From positions 310,001 through 374,000 of the forward strand of contig NMRA01000379.1 in the NCBI GenBank assembly GCA_002633005.1: DNA of 64,000 bases. The letters are read 5' to 3'. Numbering within the stretch: position 1 is the first letter of the stretch; each line of letters opens with the position of its first letter. Source of the DNA: Phoronis australis (taxonomy: Eukaryota; Animalia; Phoronida). The notes under the pieces are model-generated. The model searched no databases. It was not told the origin of the DNA and saw nothing but the letters and a program-made list of their open reading frames with translations. Both the position numbers and the translations under genes were made by a program. Of the stretch, positions 15,301 through 26,800 are shown piece by piece.

Positions 15301-18300
15301 CAGAGCGTAAATATGATGAATCTTAGCTTCCGATTTCACCCGTTTCGGAGACCGGGTTTCAACGGCCTTGGGTTATAATAAGTGCCCCCAGAAACGAACT
15401 TTTCTAAGTGCCCTGGGCGGTTATTACGGCAAATACGGTATAATATTTCACATGTCTAGCAAAATACCTTATCTTCATTCTCCAGGAACTTAAAATACGA
15501 AATATATGCAAGGTAGTGAAAAAAAAAAAAATTAGCAGAACCACCTTGGAACCGCACAACTTGTTTACTACTACAATTTGTTTACTACTTATCCGATGTC
15601 AAATGTTACAGCGCAGTCACTCAAATCGAATCTCCCGACGGGCATAGAGCAGTTCCATATGTACCCCAGTTCTTTCATTTACCGAGTGGCCATAATATTG
15701 AGTCAACGTAGTTAATAATTTCTCACAGCGAATTCACTTGACACATTGCAATAAATGTTGAAATAGCGGACATGGTTAAGGGATGTATAGGTTATATTTA
15801 CCGAAAACATGTCTTCACCGAATAATTAACCGAAGACATTGAGACTTTTACGTCTCCCCAAAAAATCGTTTTTTCTAGGCTTCGGCAAATTGACTTAATT
15901 GGAGTTCTCAAAATTGGCTCAGTGGATTTCACTGAAAGTTTCCAAATATTTATTCAATCTCAAAAAGCATTTTCGATATAAAGGCCTAGTTTTTGCATAA
16001 TGTAACAAAGACAAATACAACGAATATTTTTTTACAACAATACCTCAAGTTTTGTGAGTTGATTTGTAATAGAAGCCAAACTAAAGGACTAATCTCAAAA
16101 ATTTCTGACAGTGGTTTTGAGGTAACTGGTGAAGTTTTCATTTAAAAAAGGTTTTATTAAAATCGACCGAGGGTCTATGAATGTACCTTTCTTAGAAAGG
16201 AAATTTTGACTTAAAAACAGTGTTAATGTAACAATAGTAATAATGGCACATAAATATAAAACATATATTTATAATCCCTGATCTTTTTTTACTAGTTGAC
16301 AAAGCTTGTTTTATATTAGAAACAGAATGTAGGTTTGAGACAACAATAACTAACTCTATACTTTCATACACATCACATGAACTAGAAAACAGCACACCCA
16401 CTGACACGTTTTCACTCTACACTTTAATGAACTTCATTAATACCGTATTTGCCCTAATAAGTGCCCATGCCCCTATAAGCACCCACCAAGTGTTTTCAGA
16501 CTTTGCTAAAATAAGCGCCCAGTCCACGAATGCCGTGCACGTGCGAAAAATGCCTTACCTACAGTTCTAAAATTCTACAGTAACGTCTTCAATTTATCAA
16601 TAAGATCCAAGAGTTCAGCAAAAATCATTGTGCACTGAATTTGTAGACCACTAGCCTCGCCGCTAAGTCGGTATTTAGCCGTGACTATACATTTCAAACT
16701 TCCGCCACGCTTCAAAAAGAACACAAAAGTTTTGCTGATCTTGCGAGGGACATGTCCTATTATGGTCTGGCCTTTCAGAACAGATGCAGCGTACTTGTCA
16801 AAGGGATTGTATTGTATCTTTCCCGTAAAGATCTCCTCCCTCAACAGGAATCCAAACTTCTTTGTACACGTGAAAACTGCGAATCGAAGACTAATAAAAA
16901 CTTGACCTTTCTTTAATAAAAGCACGTGGCCAGGAAGTGTGCGCTACATACAAGTACCTGTCTTCGAAGATTGGTCTTCAGGAACTATCTGTTCATGCAT
17001 GAAACGGGTAGCACAGCAACAGCAAGAAATAAATACTGGCACTTATTTCCGAAAATTTTTAAAAATGTAAAAAACATTTTGCATTATTTTTAGGAGGAAT
17101 TATTAAATTAATCGGAATTGGTGTTTTTGGTGTTTTTTAAGTCAAAATGACCCACTGATAGCGAACACTTCCGCACCCTTACACCCCCAAATCTCCCGAA
17201 AAAAACTGTTAGACTGTCACGAATCCAGTCACCCGCCGACTCAATATCGGCCTTATCGAGACAATTCTTGAACTTTTTTTAGCAGATGAGATCAACAAGA
17301 ACTAAATGAAACACGTTCCGCTTTACTGTTTGTGTTAATTTCTTTAGCTGCACACCTAGATCGTTACATCGCGTTTACTCTGGAAAATTAACTCTGATGA
17401 CACGCACGCGCTCGCTCACTCACACAATACGCAGACAAACTTCAAAACAAACAGCACGTGACAACAACATGTGTGTTCGTCCAGAGATTTTTCTCGTGTT
17501 GCAGAGTACGATCAAACGAAGATTTGGACGTAATATGGAGTTAACGTGGACTCCACAGGAACTTAAAAATCTTAGGGATGCTATTTTGAAAACTTAAGGA
17601 CTTCAGGTAATTTGTTAAGTCCAAACCATATTTTTACTCAAGAATTCAAGTTGACCTATCGGCGATCGCGAGGCAGCGACGCATCAGTCAGCGTGTTTTC
17701 GCACAGGAATTTTCTGAAAAATGGCTCGTAATTTAACAACAAAGTTTGATAGCAATGCACTGCAATTTTGTAGAAACTCTATCATAGGTTACAGATGTGT
17801 CCCAGAGCGTAAATTTGATGAATTCTAGCTTACGATTTCACCTGTTTTGGAGAGCGGATTTCAGTCACTTTGGGCTATAAGCTCCTCCTTTCCTGAAGCG
17901 AATTTTTCTAAGCGCCCTGGGCGCTTAATAGGTCGATCACGGTAAGTTGTTTTGAGAACTAAAATTAAACTATTGCCTAGTTTTTAACAAACTACGAAAC
18001 TCAATGCACACCTATCTGACATAACAAGGTATTCTTGAAAGATAGAAATGAAATACCAATTCTCATGAGTTGGGTGTTAATTGCACACAACTGCACACAA
18101 TCACATTTTATTTTCTAGACAAGAGTAGGAAAATGGTACAAAAGAAAACTATTGAAAAACATACCGATGCATCGACATTTTGGGTAAAAAGCAGGAAGTT
18201 CACGCCAGGAATACCTTCAGAATCGCTGTTCACCGATCCCTGAAAAAACAAACAATTAAATTATTTACAGGAATATTTGGAATGGTTTAAGAAAAACACT

Positions 18301-21300
18301 AAACAAAGTTTGGACAAAGCACACGCCAACATTTTCAAAATACCTGATCAGGATAAGCTTTGACAAGCAGTAACTTAAAACATCCAAAAATGACAAAACA
18401 AATACTTCTGATTGGTGACTCCACAGAAAAAAATCCTTACATTTTCATTTCAGCTTTAAACACTTTACTGATGTTTCTACCGAGAAGAATGCGTGGGAAA
18501 TTTTTCCTTAACAGAGAAATTAAATTTTCCACTATCTGGAGAGGAGGCAGTAAAGTTGACCAACTTACTGTGACTGGATAACCATGAACGACCAGCAGAT
18601 TAGCCGTTTGTCCCAGTTCTTTATCAACTTTGACCGGCTGAACAGCCTATAAACAGAATCATACCATCGGGTCCACATCATACACATTTACAACTTCAGC
18701 AAACCTAATTTGAAATTACTGCTGGGTTTTGTTGCCCCACAAACAAACACGGTGAACTAAAATGTTATTCCTGTGGATGCTTCAAGAACATTATTCATAG
18801 CCATACATAAGATAATAAGGGACCACAGAGTATTTCTGTATAGAGCAAAATCTTATCAGCACACAATATGGCCGACAAGAGAATTTTATTCCACAATCTT
18901 TTTCTATTTGATAAGTAACACCAATGCACTGGTTTAACAATTTCATATTCTGTGCAAGAGCTACCAACTGCGTGCATTAAGTAATAGAAGCCTTTGAAGG
19001 TGACAGATAAGGCTGCAGTTATTTTAATCCACAACTGGTAACATTTTGCCTTAATATTTAAAGCTGCACTATCTTCAGTTAACCCTAGTATCAATCTAGA
19101 TTTAAAGCTACACTGAGTCCTGCTTCATAACCATGACTGCGGAACTTCGTCACTTATTTTCGCACAAAAATAATTGCCAAAACAGTCATGGTTCCATTTT
19201 TCAAAGACTGATTACCCAGCTGCAAATATTGGAAACTTTATCAAAATTTTTTTCACGACATCTACACAATACAAACCATGCTGGAGATAGATTAAAATGT
19301 TATTAATCTTTCCTTTAAGGAGAAGTTTATTTGACAAAATTGAATTTCCCTTGTCATCCATATTGTGTGCTAAATAAAGAGTAGACTGAAGGTACTAATT
19401 AGCATGAAGACATGGTTTCACACAAAAGTGTCAAAGGATTTAATTTTGCAATGCGTTACAAAAATCAAATCACTAAATAAGTCAATCTCGTTTCTTTCAG
19501 TTATACTGTGTTCGAAATGATGAAGTTCATTTCATAGGTGTTATTTTCGGGTTAATAAACAGCTTAATTCTTACTTTGTCATACTTTGTAGCAAGCCAGT
19601 TTTATCAGCAAAAATAACGTGCAATGTAGCTATAACATTTTTCTTATAGTACCATAATGCCATTGATTTCAACATTGCAAAAAATGACAAAGAACCTGTC
19701 ATTGAACTGAAGCACTGTGACTCCTACATATTCTGACTGGCTATTTCGCAATATGGCAACAAACAAAATTAATTCTCATTGCAGTTGGTAAATGATTTGA
19801 TTTCTGTATTTTCTGACAGCTAAACATAAAGGAAAATGCAGTCAGTTTTGAATTTCCACCTAAAACACAGAAAAACCCAAGTGTAGAGATGCATTTGACT
19901 CACAGAGTGAAATTTCCAAGTTGGATGTGAAGCCTCCAGGACATAATCCCCAGGTAAGACTTTAGAGAAAGTGTATTTGCCACCAGCACCAGTCTGTGTC
20001 TCTTGAACTATGACCTTTGAACTGGGCTGCTTGAGAGCCACAGTGACACCAGTTGGACCTTCACTCTGACCAAGACTGATCACCTAAGAAAAGACACAGC
20101 AACACACGAAAAATATTGAGACAAAATGGCCTAGAATGCCACGTCCTGACAGCTGGGCATTAGGCTACCCTCCTGGTGCAGAATGAAGAGAAGTAATTTC
20201 TATAATTAGAATTTTGCCACCACAATAGTTATTTCCAGTCATTTTTGTCCTTAAAAGAATTAACTGTCACGACGGCAAAATGGTGTTTTGACTCGATTAC
20301 TTTTTTCATAAGCTGTACGTGCCACTTAAAATACTTTTGGCCTCACTCGAAAACAAGCGACAAACTCCAATTGGGGCTCTAAACTCTTCAGCCATATCAC
20401 TGTCCCCATGAGCCCAAATGACTGTTGTCATTTCTTAAAGTAAACGATCACAGCTCTCTTTCTCGTGTGTTTATTAGTATCCCCTTACAAACTTTCATTT
20501 GCAAAAAATGACAATATGCATTTTATTTCTTGACAGTGATAAAGTTTTAGAGTAATGTAGATATTATGCTTTGGAGTGCTTTCTGGGCTCACCTCAATTA
20601 TTGTACATTGTGTTTGTCACAATAAACATAAAATAATTATAGAAAAATACAGTAATGCACCAGAACTAGGTGCGACCTTTGTTTCCAACAAAAGGGAACT
20701 TTTTGAACAACCCATGAATACCAATCACTCACTTATAAAGCAATTGGTAGCAGTGTGGAATACTCAAGCTGAGTAAATGATACAGGTTTGTACTCACAAA
20801 TATCAGAGGGCCAGAAGAAAGGCTTTTAAAACAAACAAGGCAGATTTTTGTGATATCAAAACAGCAAGCCATCTTTACGTAGTGCATCTGGACAGCTATC
20901 AATATCACTAATGACATGGATATCACACTACAGTTGCTAAGAATTACAATGTGGACACACCTTTCCAGTGACTCCAAATCCCATGAACTGAAAGTTTATA
21001 TCCTCTCCTGCACTGCATTTATCAGATGTTCCATCAATGTGAAGGTCAACACTTTCAGGCTCTGCAAAAAACACGTAACATTTCATCAGCGTGACACAGA
21101 CGTGCAAGGTTTTGACTTAGTTATTGATGGTTACCACAGAATTACGAAATCCACATATAAGAATTTAAAAAAATAATTAATATACCTTTACCTTTCTTTT
21201 CTAGGACATTTTTGAACAAAACTATATAACTATAACAATGACATCAATCAACAACTATGTGTGTGCGATGAATGTTATGGCAACTGCAATTATTAAAAAA

Positions 21301-23699
21301 GTTTTTGTAATTCATAAAGCAAAGATTTTTCATACCAGTAAAAACAAGTAATTTTTCATCTCAAAAAAAATCAACACTAATTTCAAATTCAAGAACTTTC
21401 AGACATAAGGGTCAAAATTCAAGGGCTGCACGAATGGTAACTTGACAAATTAATTTGTTGTTATTTACATCCATGTTTTCATTCAAGCAATCAGCAATGT
21501 TTTTTAACCCAAATGCATTTGACCAGCCACAGTGACTCTGCTCTGCTGGACGACCAATAGGTGTCAGCACAGATCAGATGTTTACGTGCTCAGATACCAC
21601 TCAGGGTTGCTATTAGTACAACAAATAAATCAAGTAATAAAGCAGACAAACACTGGCATAGCCAGGGGGCCTCAAGGGGGCCATGCCCCTACCCCCAGTG
21701 CAAAAAGTGACAAATTTTCATTGTTTGTTCCCTAAGCAAACACACCAGACTTAGTCGCTCATCATTAAAAGTGTTCCGCACAACTCCTTCGAACGTGTCG
21801 TCACTATCCATTCAATGGCACTTGCAACACATTTGAATGCCACATTTTAAAAAATAGAAACCAGTTTGGAAAAAAAGGTGCCAACATCATTAAAAATACC
21901 TTTACTGCCTTAAATAAGGCCTCAAGAACTGATCAAACTGACTAGTGCAACTGCAAGTATATTTATAGTTGCCATACGCTTCCAGCACATTTGTTGGCTT
22001 TCGTGAGCTTCTGCCACGATGTTCGTGTTTTCAGTTGTGATGAGCATGAACTAATGTATCACGTACTGAAATTTTTTTCTGGTTGACCACAATTTTCACA
22101 AACTTAGGTAAGTGAACCACACCATCTATTGCATACTTCTGGCTATGCTAGCAAACTCGAAAATATTTCAATCAGCTCATATCAATAAAGAATGTTACAA
22201 AAATGTTTACCAAAAGCCCATCCTTCTGGTGGCTCCACCTTGAGGACATAGTCACCTTTGTCGTACACAGGTATTAGGTAGTACCCACTGTTGGGTGCAC
22301 AGTCGGTTTGATACTTTAAGCTTCCTTGTTTTGTGTAGAGCTTTAACTAAAAGAAAAAAAGACAAGTTCACACTTTATGGCAAATCTAGGATGTATTCTG
22401 TATTTTTTAAACAATCTTATCTTAACAAAATAGATTACTATGAGCACTACTAGGAGCTTCATACGCCAGAGGGACACCTTAGGAGTCTATTGATGTCTTA
22501 AATTTCTTCCAACTCAAACAAATACTCCCTTTATCAAACTTTTCCTTCGTGCAGTCCTTTGTTCAGTTCCCAACATCGAAAACTGGACATTTTTAACACT
22601 GCTCACAGCAGGTGGTATGACGTCATATCCCTGCCCTGGCGTGCGCTGTGTAAAACTGTCCAGTTTCCGATTTTGGGAACTGAATGAAGGACTGCTTGAA
22701 GAAAAAGTTTGGTAACGGGAGTATTTGTTCGAGTTGGAGGGAATTAAAGACATCCACGGCCTCCTAAGGTGTCCCTCTGGCATATGAAGCTAATATAGGA
22801 GCATAGTAATCTATTTTGTAAACATGAGATTGTAAGCCTAAGCCTGACTCTGCCCAAGGTACTTATTTACAACATGACTGATGTTTTCATCGATGTGAGG
22901 CATAATTTGCTGAAAAGATTCCGGCGTATGAAGCTAATATAGGAGATTCAAGGTCTCTACTGANATTGAGGAAGTTATTGTGAAAAAACTAATTTTGGGT
23001 CACATGAATGCGCATTTACTCCCATGTATTCAGAGGACTAAAAAAAAGGGCTAATTATCGCTCTTCAAACGTTCATAAAAAGTCAACGGCTTAATGGATT
23101 TTGTTAATTTTTTTTTTTGTTTGACTCTGTTTTTGATGTTTTATTAAATCAATGCATTTTTAAATATTAAATAAGAATTTGAAATTTTTTGTCACGTCCC
23201 TACTATGGCAGTTGTCCGAATATATGCAATTGAGGTCACTACTCACTGCTACACAATAGATTGCTGCTCACAACGCAGGTATGACCAGAGTCCATCTTGA
23301 CTTCAGCGGTGGGAAATTCGATGTGACAACTCACTGCAGGGACGGATGTCTCAGCCACACATCAGGTGGCGCTCTCTGCAAACCCAGCAGGTATCTGTTG
23401 CTCTCCGACAGTTAGCGTTGCTCTCCGTCAAGACTACGGTCGTGTGCCACTCTAGTCACCCACCATTGGCCACTGTCTAGTGACGGTGGTCACTACTTGG
23501 TCTACTCTTCTTACTTAGTACCGACTACTTCGCTGCAAAGTTCGTCTTGAAAGATTACCTCAACAACAGAAAAGTTGATTTCAACGTCTGACTTGACAAA
23601 TCCACCACATCCCAGAACATCTTGACAATGCAGTGATTCGATCAAAATCAATACAATGCATGCCAAAACTTTGTAAAACGAATTAAAACTGGTGAACAT
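1..23699 (-). CDS. NOMO1: Nodal modulator (NOMO1/2/3-like; BOS complex subunit), multi-exon, 3' part continues beyond window start
   Basis: Exons on minus strand, all GT-AG and phase-consistent: 23699-23559, 22346-22211, 21061-20961, 20083-19904, 18646-18569, 18239-18165, 13139-13005, 12481-12392, 11932-11876, 10460-10261, 9269-9092, 8296-8155, 7647-7580, 6877-6814, 6089-5953, 3391-3243, 658-560, 42-1 (truncated). Peptide has a signal peptide followed by DVLGCGGFVKSDVEINFS, LKYQTDCAPNSGYYLIPVYDKG, KVLPGDYVLEASHPTW, VPFYKGEHITFDV, VKVTPNTPELPDIVA, WCWKEK..FTQTGYIL, GINRFCLSEPGVYKLTPVSCH, collinear with human NOMO as recalled. Confidence 0.96.
2877..3101. repeat. Minisatellite, 33/36-bp unit, about 6.5 copies
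   Basis: Unit gttgtcttgacacatcaagtggtttgataataa(gga); explains the repetitive ORFs at 2797-3191. Confidence 0.9.
4242..4505. mobile_element. Palindromic (foldback) MITE-like element
   Basis: AGTCTGGTGAGTCAGAC...GTCTGATTCACCACACT; arms pair imperfectly almost to the centre (ctgggagttgtaagccttga / tcaaggcttacagctcccag). Confidence 0.7.
5773..6007 (-). repeat. 78-bp x3 tandem repeat of NOMO exon-15 3' end plus splice donor
   Basis: Unit encodes FTQTGYILSVTLSHEITL|VSTHKLLM; GTAAGC donors follow 5953, 5875 and 5797. Confidence 0.92.
6160..6339. repeat. (CA)n microsatellite interrupted by assembly gap 6205-6291
   Basis: CA runs on both sides of the N run. Confidence 0.95.
11055..11320. repeat. 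Minisatellite, about 39-bp unit, about 7 copies
   Basis: Unit ttgaatatactagcagaccccagagtgtccagtatgt(c). Confidence 0.9.
13667..15438 (-). mobile_element. Non-autonomous Tc2/pogo-like TIR element with degenerate HIRAN-like ORF (copy 1)
   Basis: TA|CCGTATTCGTCGTAATAACCGCCC ... GGGCGGTTATTACGGCAAATACGG|TA; ORF remnant 13795-14100 (YKEIWIPVESG..NPVDKY..GLQI); nested MITE at 14380-14633. Confidence 0.85.
14380..14633. mobile_element. hAT-like MITE (CAGGGCTTGGAAT TIR) nested in the HIRAN element
   Basis: 13-bp perfect TIR; internal AAAGAGGAAA repeats; absent from the other HIRAN copies; end sequence shared with 29224-29713. Confidence 0.75.
16443..17942 (-). mobile_element. Tc2/pogo-like TIR element with HIRAN-like ORF (copy 2)
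   Basis: TA|CCGTATTTGCCCTAATAAGTGCCC ... GGGCGCTTAATAGGTCGATCACGG|TA; ORF 16575-16925 (NPFDKYAASVLKGQTIIGHVPRKISKTFVFFLKRGGSLKCIVT..GLQIQC). Confidence 0.87.
19106..19630. mobile_element. Possible Kolobok-like MITE
   Basis: TTAA|AGCTACACTG ... CAATGTAGCT|ATAA: short TIR with TTAA-like flanks. Confidence 0.4.
21651..22152. mobile_element. Degenerate hAT-like MITE
   Basis: CACTGGCATAGCCAGGGGG..GGGGGCCATGCCC left end and CTGGCTATGCTAG right end; left end resembles the element at 50074. Confidence 0.45.
22410..22833. mobile_element. MITE with about 100-bp imperfect inverted repeats
   Basis: acaaaatagattactatg..gcttcatacgccagagggacaccttaggag is mirrored by ctcctaaggtgtccctctggcatatgaagc..catagtaatctattttgt. 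Confidence 0.7.
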
Positions 23700-23879
23700 T
23701 TTTCGTTCACCGGCGTGAATACAGGCAGGAAACGGAAATATGTCACGCCACCGCGACAAATGAACAAACTAAATTTTTTGTACATAATTACCACGTGATA
23801 AAATAAGCCAATCGAATACATCCCGTTCGTGAAGTTTGGTGTGTCTGCCCCAAATGCGGTAGAATATTCGGGGGTGAAA
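23700..23879. promoter_or_regulatory. Bidirectional promoter region shared by NOMO and ZXD-like gene
   Basis: Only 180 bp between divergent ATGs (23699 minus, 23880 plus); CpG-containing; TCACGCCAC 23743-23751, CACGTG 23792-23797, CCAAT 23808-23812. Confidence 0.75.
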
Positions 23880-26800
23880 ATGTCTAAAAACGAGCAAAAA
23901 GCAAACGAAGAAGATGGCTGCGCCCTTCGGGAATCACGTGAACTCATTTCTGCCAGGGAAATTAATAAAAGGAAGACGGAAAACAGTCATACGGAGTGTT
24001 CAAAGAAGAAAAGAAAAGGCGATCAATCGAGCACTGTCCAAAATGGCGGGTGCCACTCAGATGTTGACGTAGGTGTATCCCAGTCAGTTTCGTCGTCTAC
24101 ACCCGGAAGTATTTTCGGAACTGACAACCAGGAAGTGTGCGTTGTTAAATTTCTTGGAGCAGACGACCCACCTCTGCTGGGCAGCAGCTCCACAATTCTA
24201 AAAAATATAGAAAAAGATGGCGACATTGACGACATGTGCACCTTTGTGTCTAGTCCAAATGCAGAATTGCACTTAACAAGTCCTACAAAATCTGGGGACA
24301 TCAATGAAATTCTGGCATCATTTCATGACAACATCCCTCTGTCTTGCTCAGAAGGTTTGGTCCCTTCCAGTACCACCCCATCAAGTTCGCGTAGCCTCCT
24401 GCTGACTAATGCCAGTAAAACTAGTTCTGTGTCACTGAATGATTCCAGCATGCCATTAATAAGTGAAGATTTAGAACACTTAGAAGAAATGGAGAAAGAG
24501 TCCAGTCTCAGCCATGACAGTTCAGAACTTTTGAGTGCCGAAAGATCTATTGTTGATAGCGATTCTGGTCTTGATTTTCGTATCGTTGAGTCGGACCGAA
24601 GTAATACGCTGATGACACCTCAAGAGATAGAACACATGCCTAGTCAAGGTTTAGAGTTTGAGGCTTCAGTTGGATCAAAAGACGGACAGTCCCTAGGGAT
24701 TCATGAAGATGGATCCATATCGAGCAACCAGCTGGCTGTGGAGTCTGCACTTTCTCTAGATTCTGATCAGGTACACATGATAGCTGTATGCTGCTTAGCC
24801 TTGGGCCGATGTGGGTAAAATGACCAGATAAAATATGACACAAAATTAGCGTCATTAAAACCTACACACTTATTTGAGTAAATAAAATTATTTTCTGGTT
24901 TTGGAAAAATTGGCGTTCTACCATTGTCAAGTTGCATTTGGCGTCCACGCGAAAATCCCAGGTCACCAAACAAAATATGAGGTCGCCAAAATTAGAACAT
25001 CTTAGGTGCCGAAATTCTGATTTTACCGCTCTGGTGTAAATGTTCGTCAACTGAAAAAAGTTGATCATTCCTGATGCCACCCATTCTCTTGTGGTCCTCC
25101 AATTTCCTCCCTAAGTACTGTCTGTGTATGTTCATTCTGTCTGTATTCTCAATTCCTCCCGCCGGCGAACGAATATGGAAAGCAGACCGCCACGTGGGCT
25201 GGTAGTGCAAATTTCACCATGTGCTGATTTCATGAAATAAACACAATACCTGTGAATCAAAGGTGATAAATCTTGGAAAACTGTTAGTAATTTAAAGGTT
25301 AGAAGTCCATACGAACTATACCATGAATTCCTGGGGTAGTATTGTCCAACTTCGACACCAGCAATGGTGACTTCATGGTGACTTAGAATTTTTCTCAGGT
25401 TGCCAAACACAATCTGAGGTCAAATTGACGAACTGGAGGTCACCAAATTGAGTGCTGATTTTGGTTGTTTAGTACCAGTATAATGCATTTATTCAAAGAG
25501 TTGACAGACGAACTCTTCTCAGTATGGACATGGATTTTCGAACACGTACATGAGTTTTGTTATTCCAATCGAGTGAATTTCTGACTATGGTTGTTGTGTC
25601 CATGAATCATCTTGCAACACTGAGTTTTTGGATATGACAGTAAAACAAGTTGAGCTGCAACTGTCCTAGATTTTGGCCTTTATTGCTCGTATATTAAAAT
25701 TCCACACGATTGCAGTCGGTTATTTACGTATGGAGAGTTCGGGGAATCTTGGACAGCATTAAAATTCGTACGAGTCTAAATAAATGTCAACTATGATAAC
25801 AACCAAGTTGCCTTACCACTTAAGGGAAAGGTTATTTACTTCCATGAACAATAGGAATTTATTTGCCACCACACTTGGATTACAACAAAGTATTTGGACA
25901 TATGTCACATGTTTAGCACCTTGTGTCGTCTACTTCCGTGATTTTGAAAGTTATGTTTAGGTCACTTGGTCCCTTGTCATGTAAATGAACTTAGTGTGAT
26001 TTGAACAAGAAACGGGTAACCGAATTTCCCCTCCAACTTTTTATATGCTGCGGGGAAATATGGACACCATGCTTTTAGGCTACTTTTCTCGATTCTTCTT
26101 TGATAGATTTCCGTGCTCACGTGATGAACTTCTGTGTAAAGAGGTCAATTCACGACTTAAATTTTCAACAACATTGGTGCTGCTTACTATGCGGGTTGCA
26201 CTCAAATTGGTAATGGAGGACACACTTTTACGTTGATAAATGACCATTGCCAGGATTTTGACTGACTGCTTAACTGATCAGTTAGAATGCAACATTCTTA
26301 ACACACCTTTGTCTGCATCTCCAAGCTGCCATTTTATTCGCCAAACAACACGTTTTGGGTGACTTTTCACAAGGGGACGGAGCTTGCGATAGGTCAGTTG
26401 TGGCCAGGACATAATGACTTAATTAAATTTTATTATTCACCCCATGGTAACACTGTTAAATTATACGTAAATTCCTTTTTTGAAATCATGAATTACTGTG
26501 AGTCTTATATTTTATCCGAGTTTTACCTATCTCAGTTTTGTTGCATGCTCTGTCCGACTTTCCCCACCTACACCAGATTTTCCCACCTGCATCCATATTT
26601 CCCCAATTTTGACCATCGTTATTCTTTAAATTTAAAGGTATTAAATCTGATTTAGTAACAGTCTCATTGGTTGATTTCTCAAAAGATTTATGAATATCCC
26701 ATGACTCATCTAATGTTATTAGCTGACACATTAACCTTCTGTGCAGCAAGTAAGAAAGTCAAGCTAGGTCGTTTCGTCCGAATTTCCCTCAAACTTCTGC

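Noticed and set aside
23791-23812. ER stress element (ERSE) in the NOMO promoter
   Set aside because: Order and spacing of CCACG and CCAAT do not match CCAAT-N9-CCACG or ATTGG-N-CCACG.
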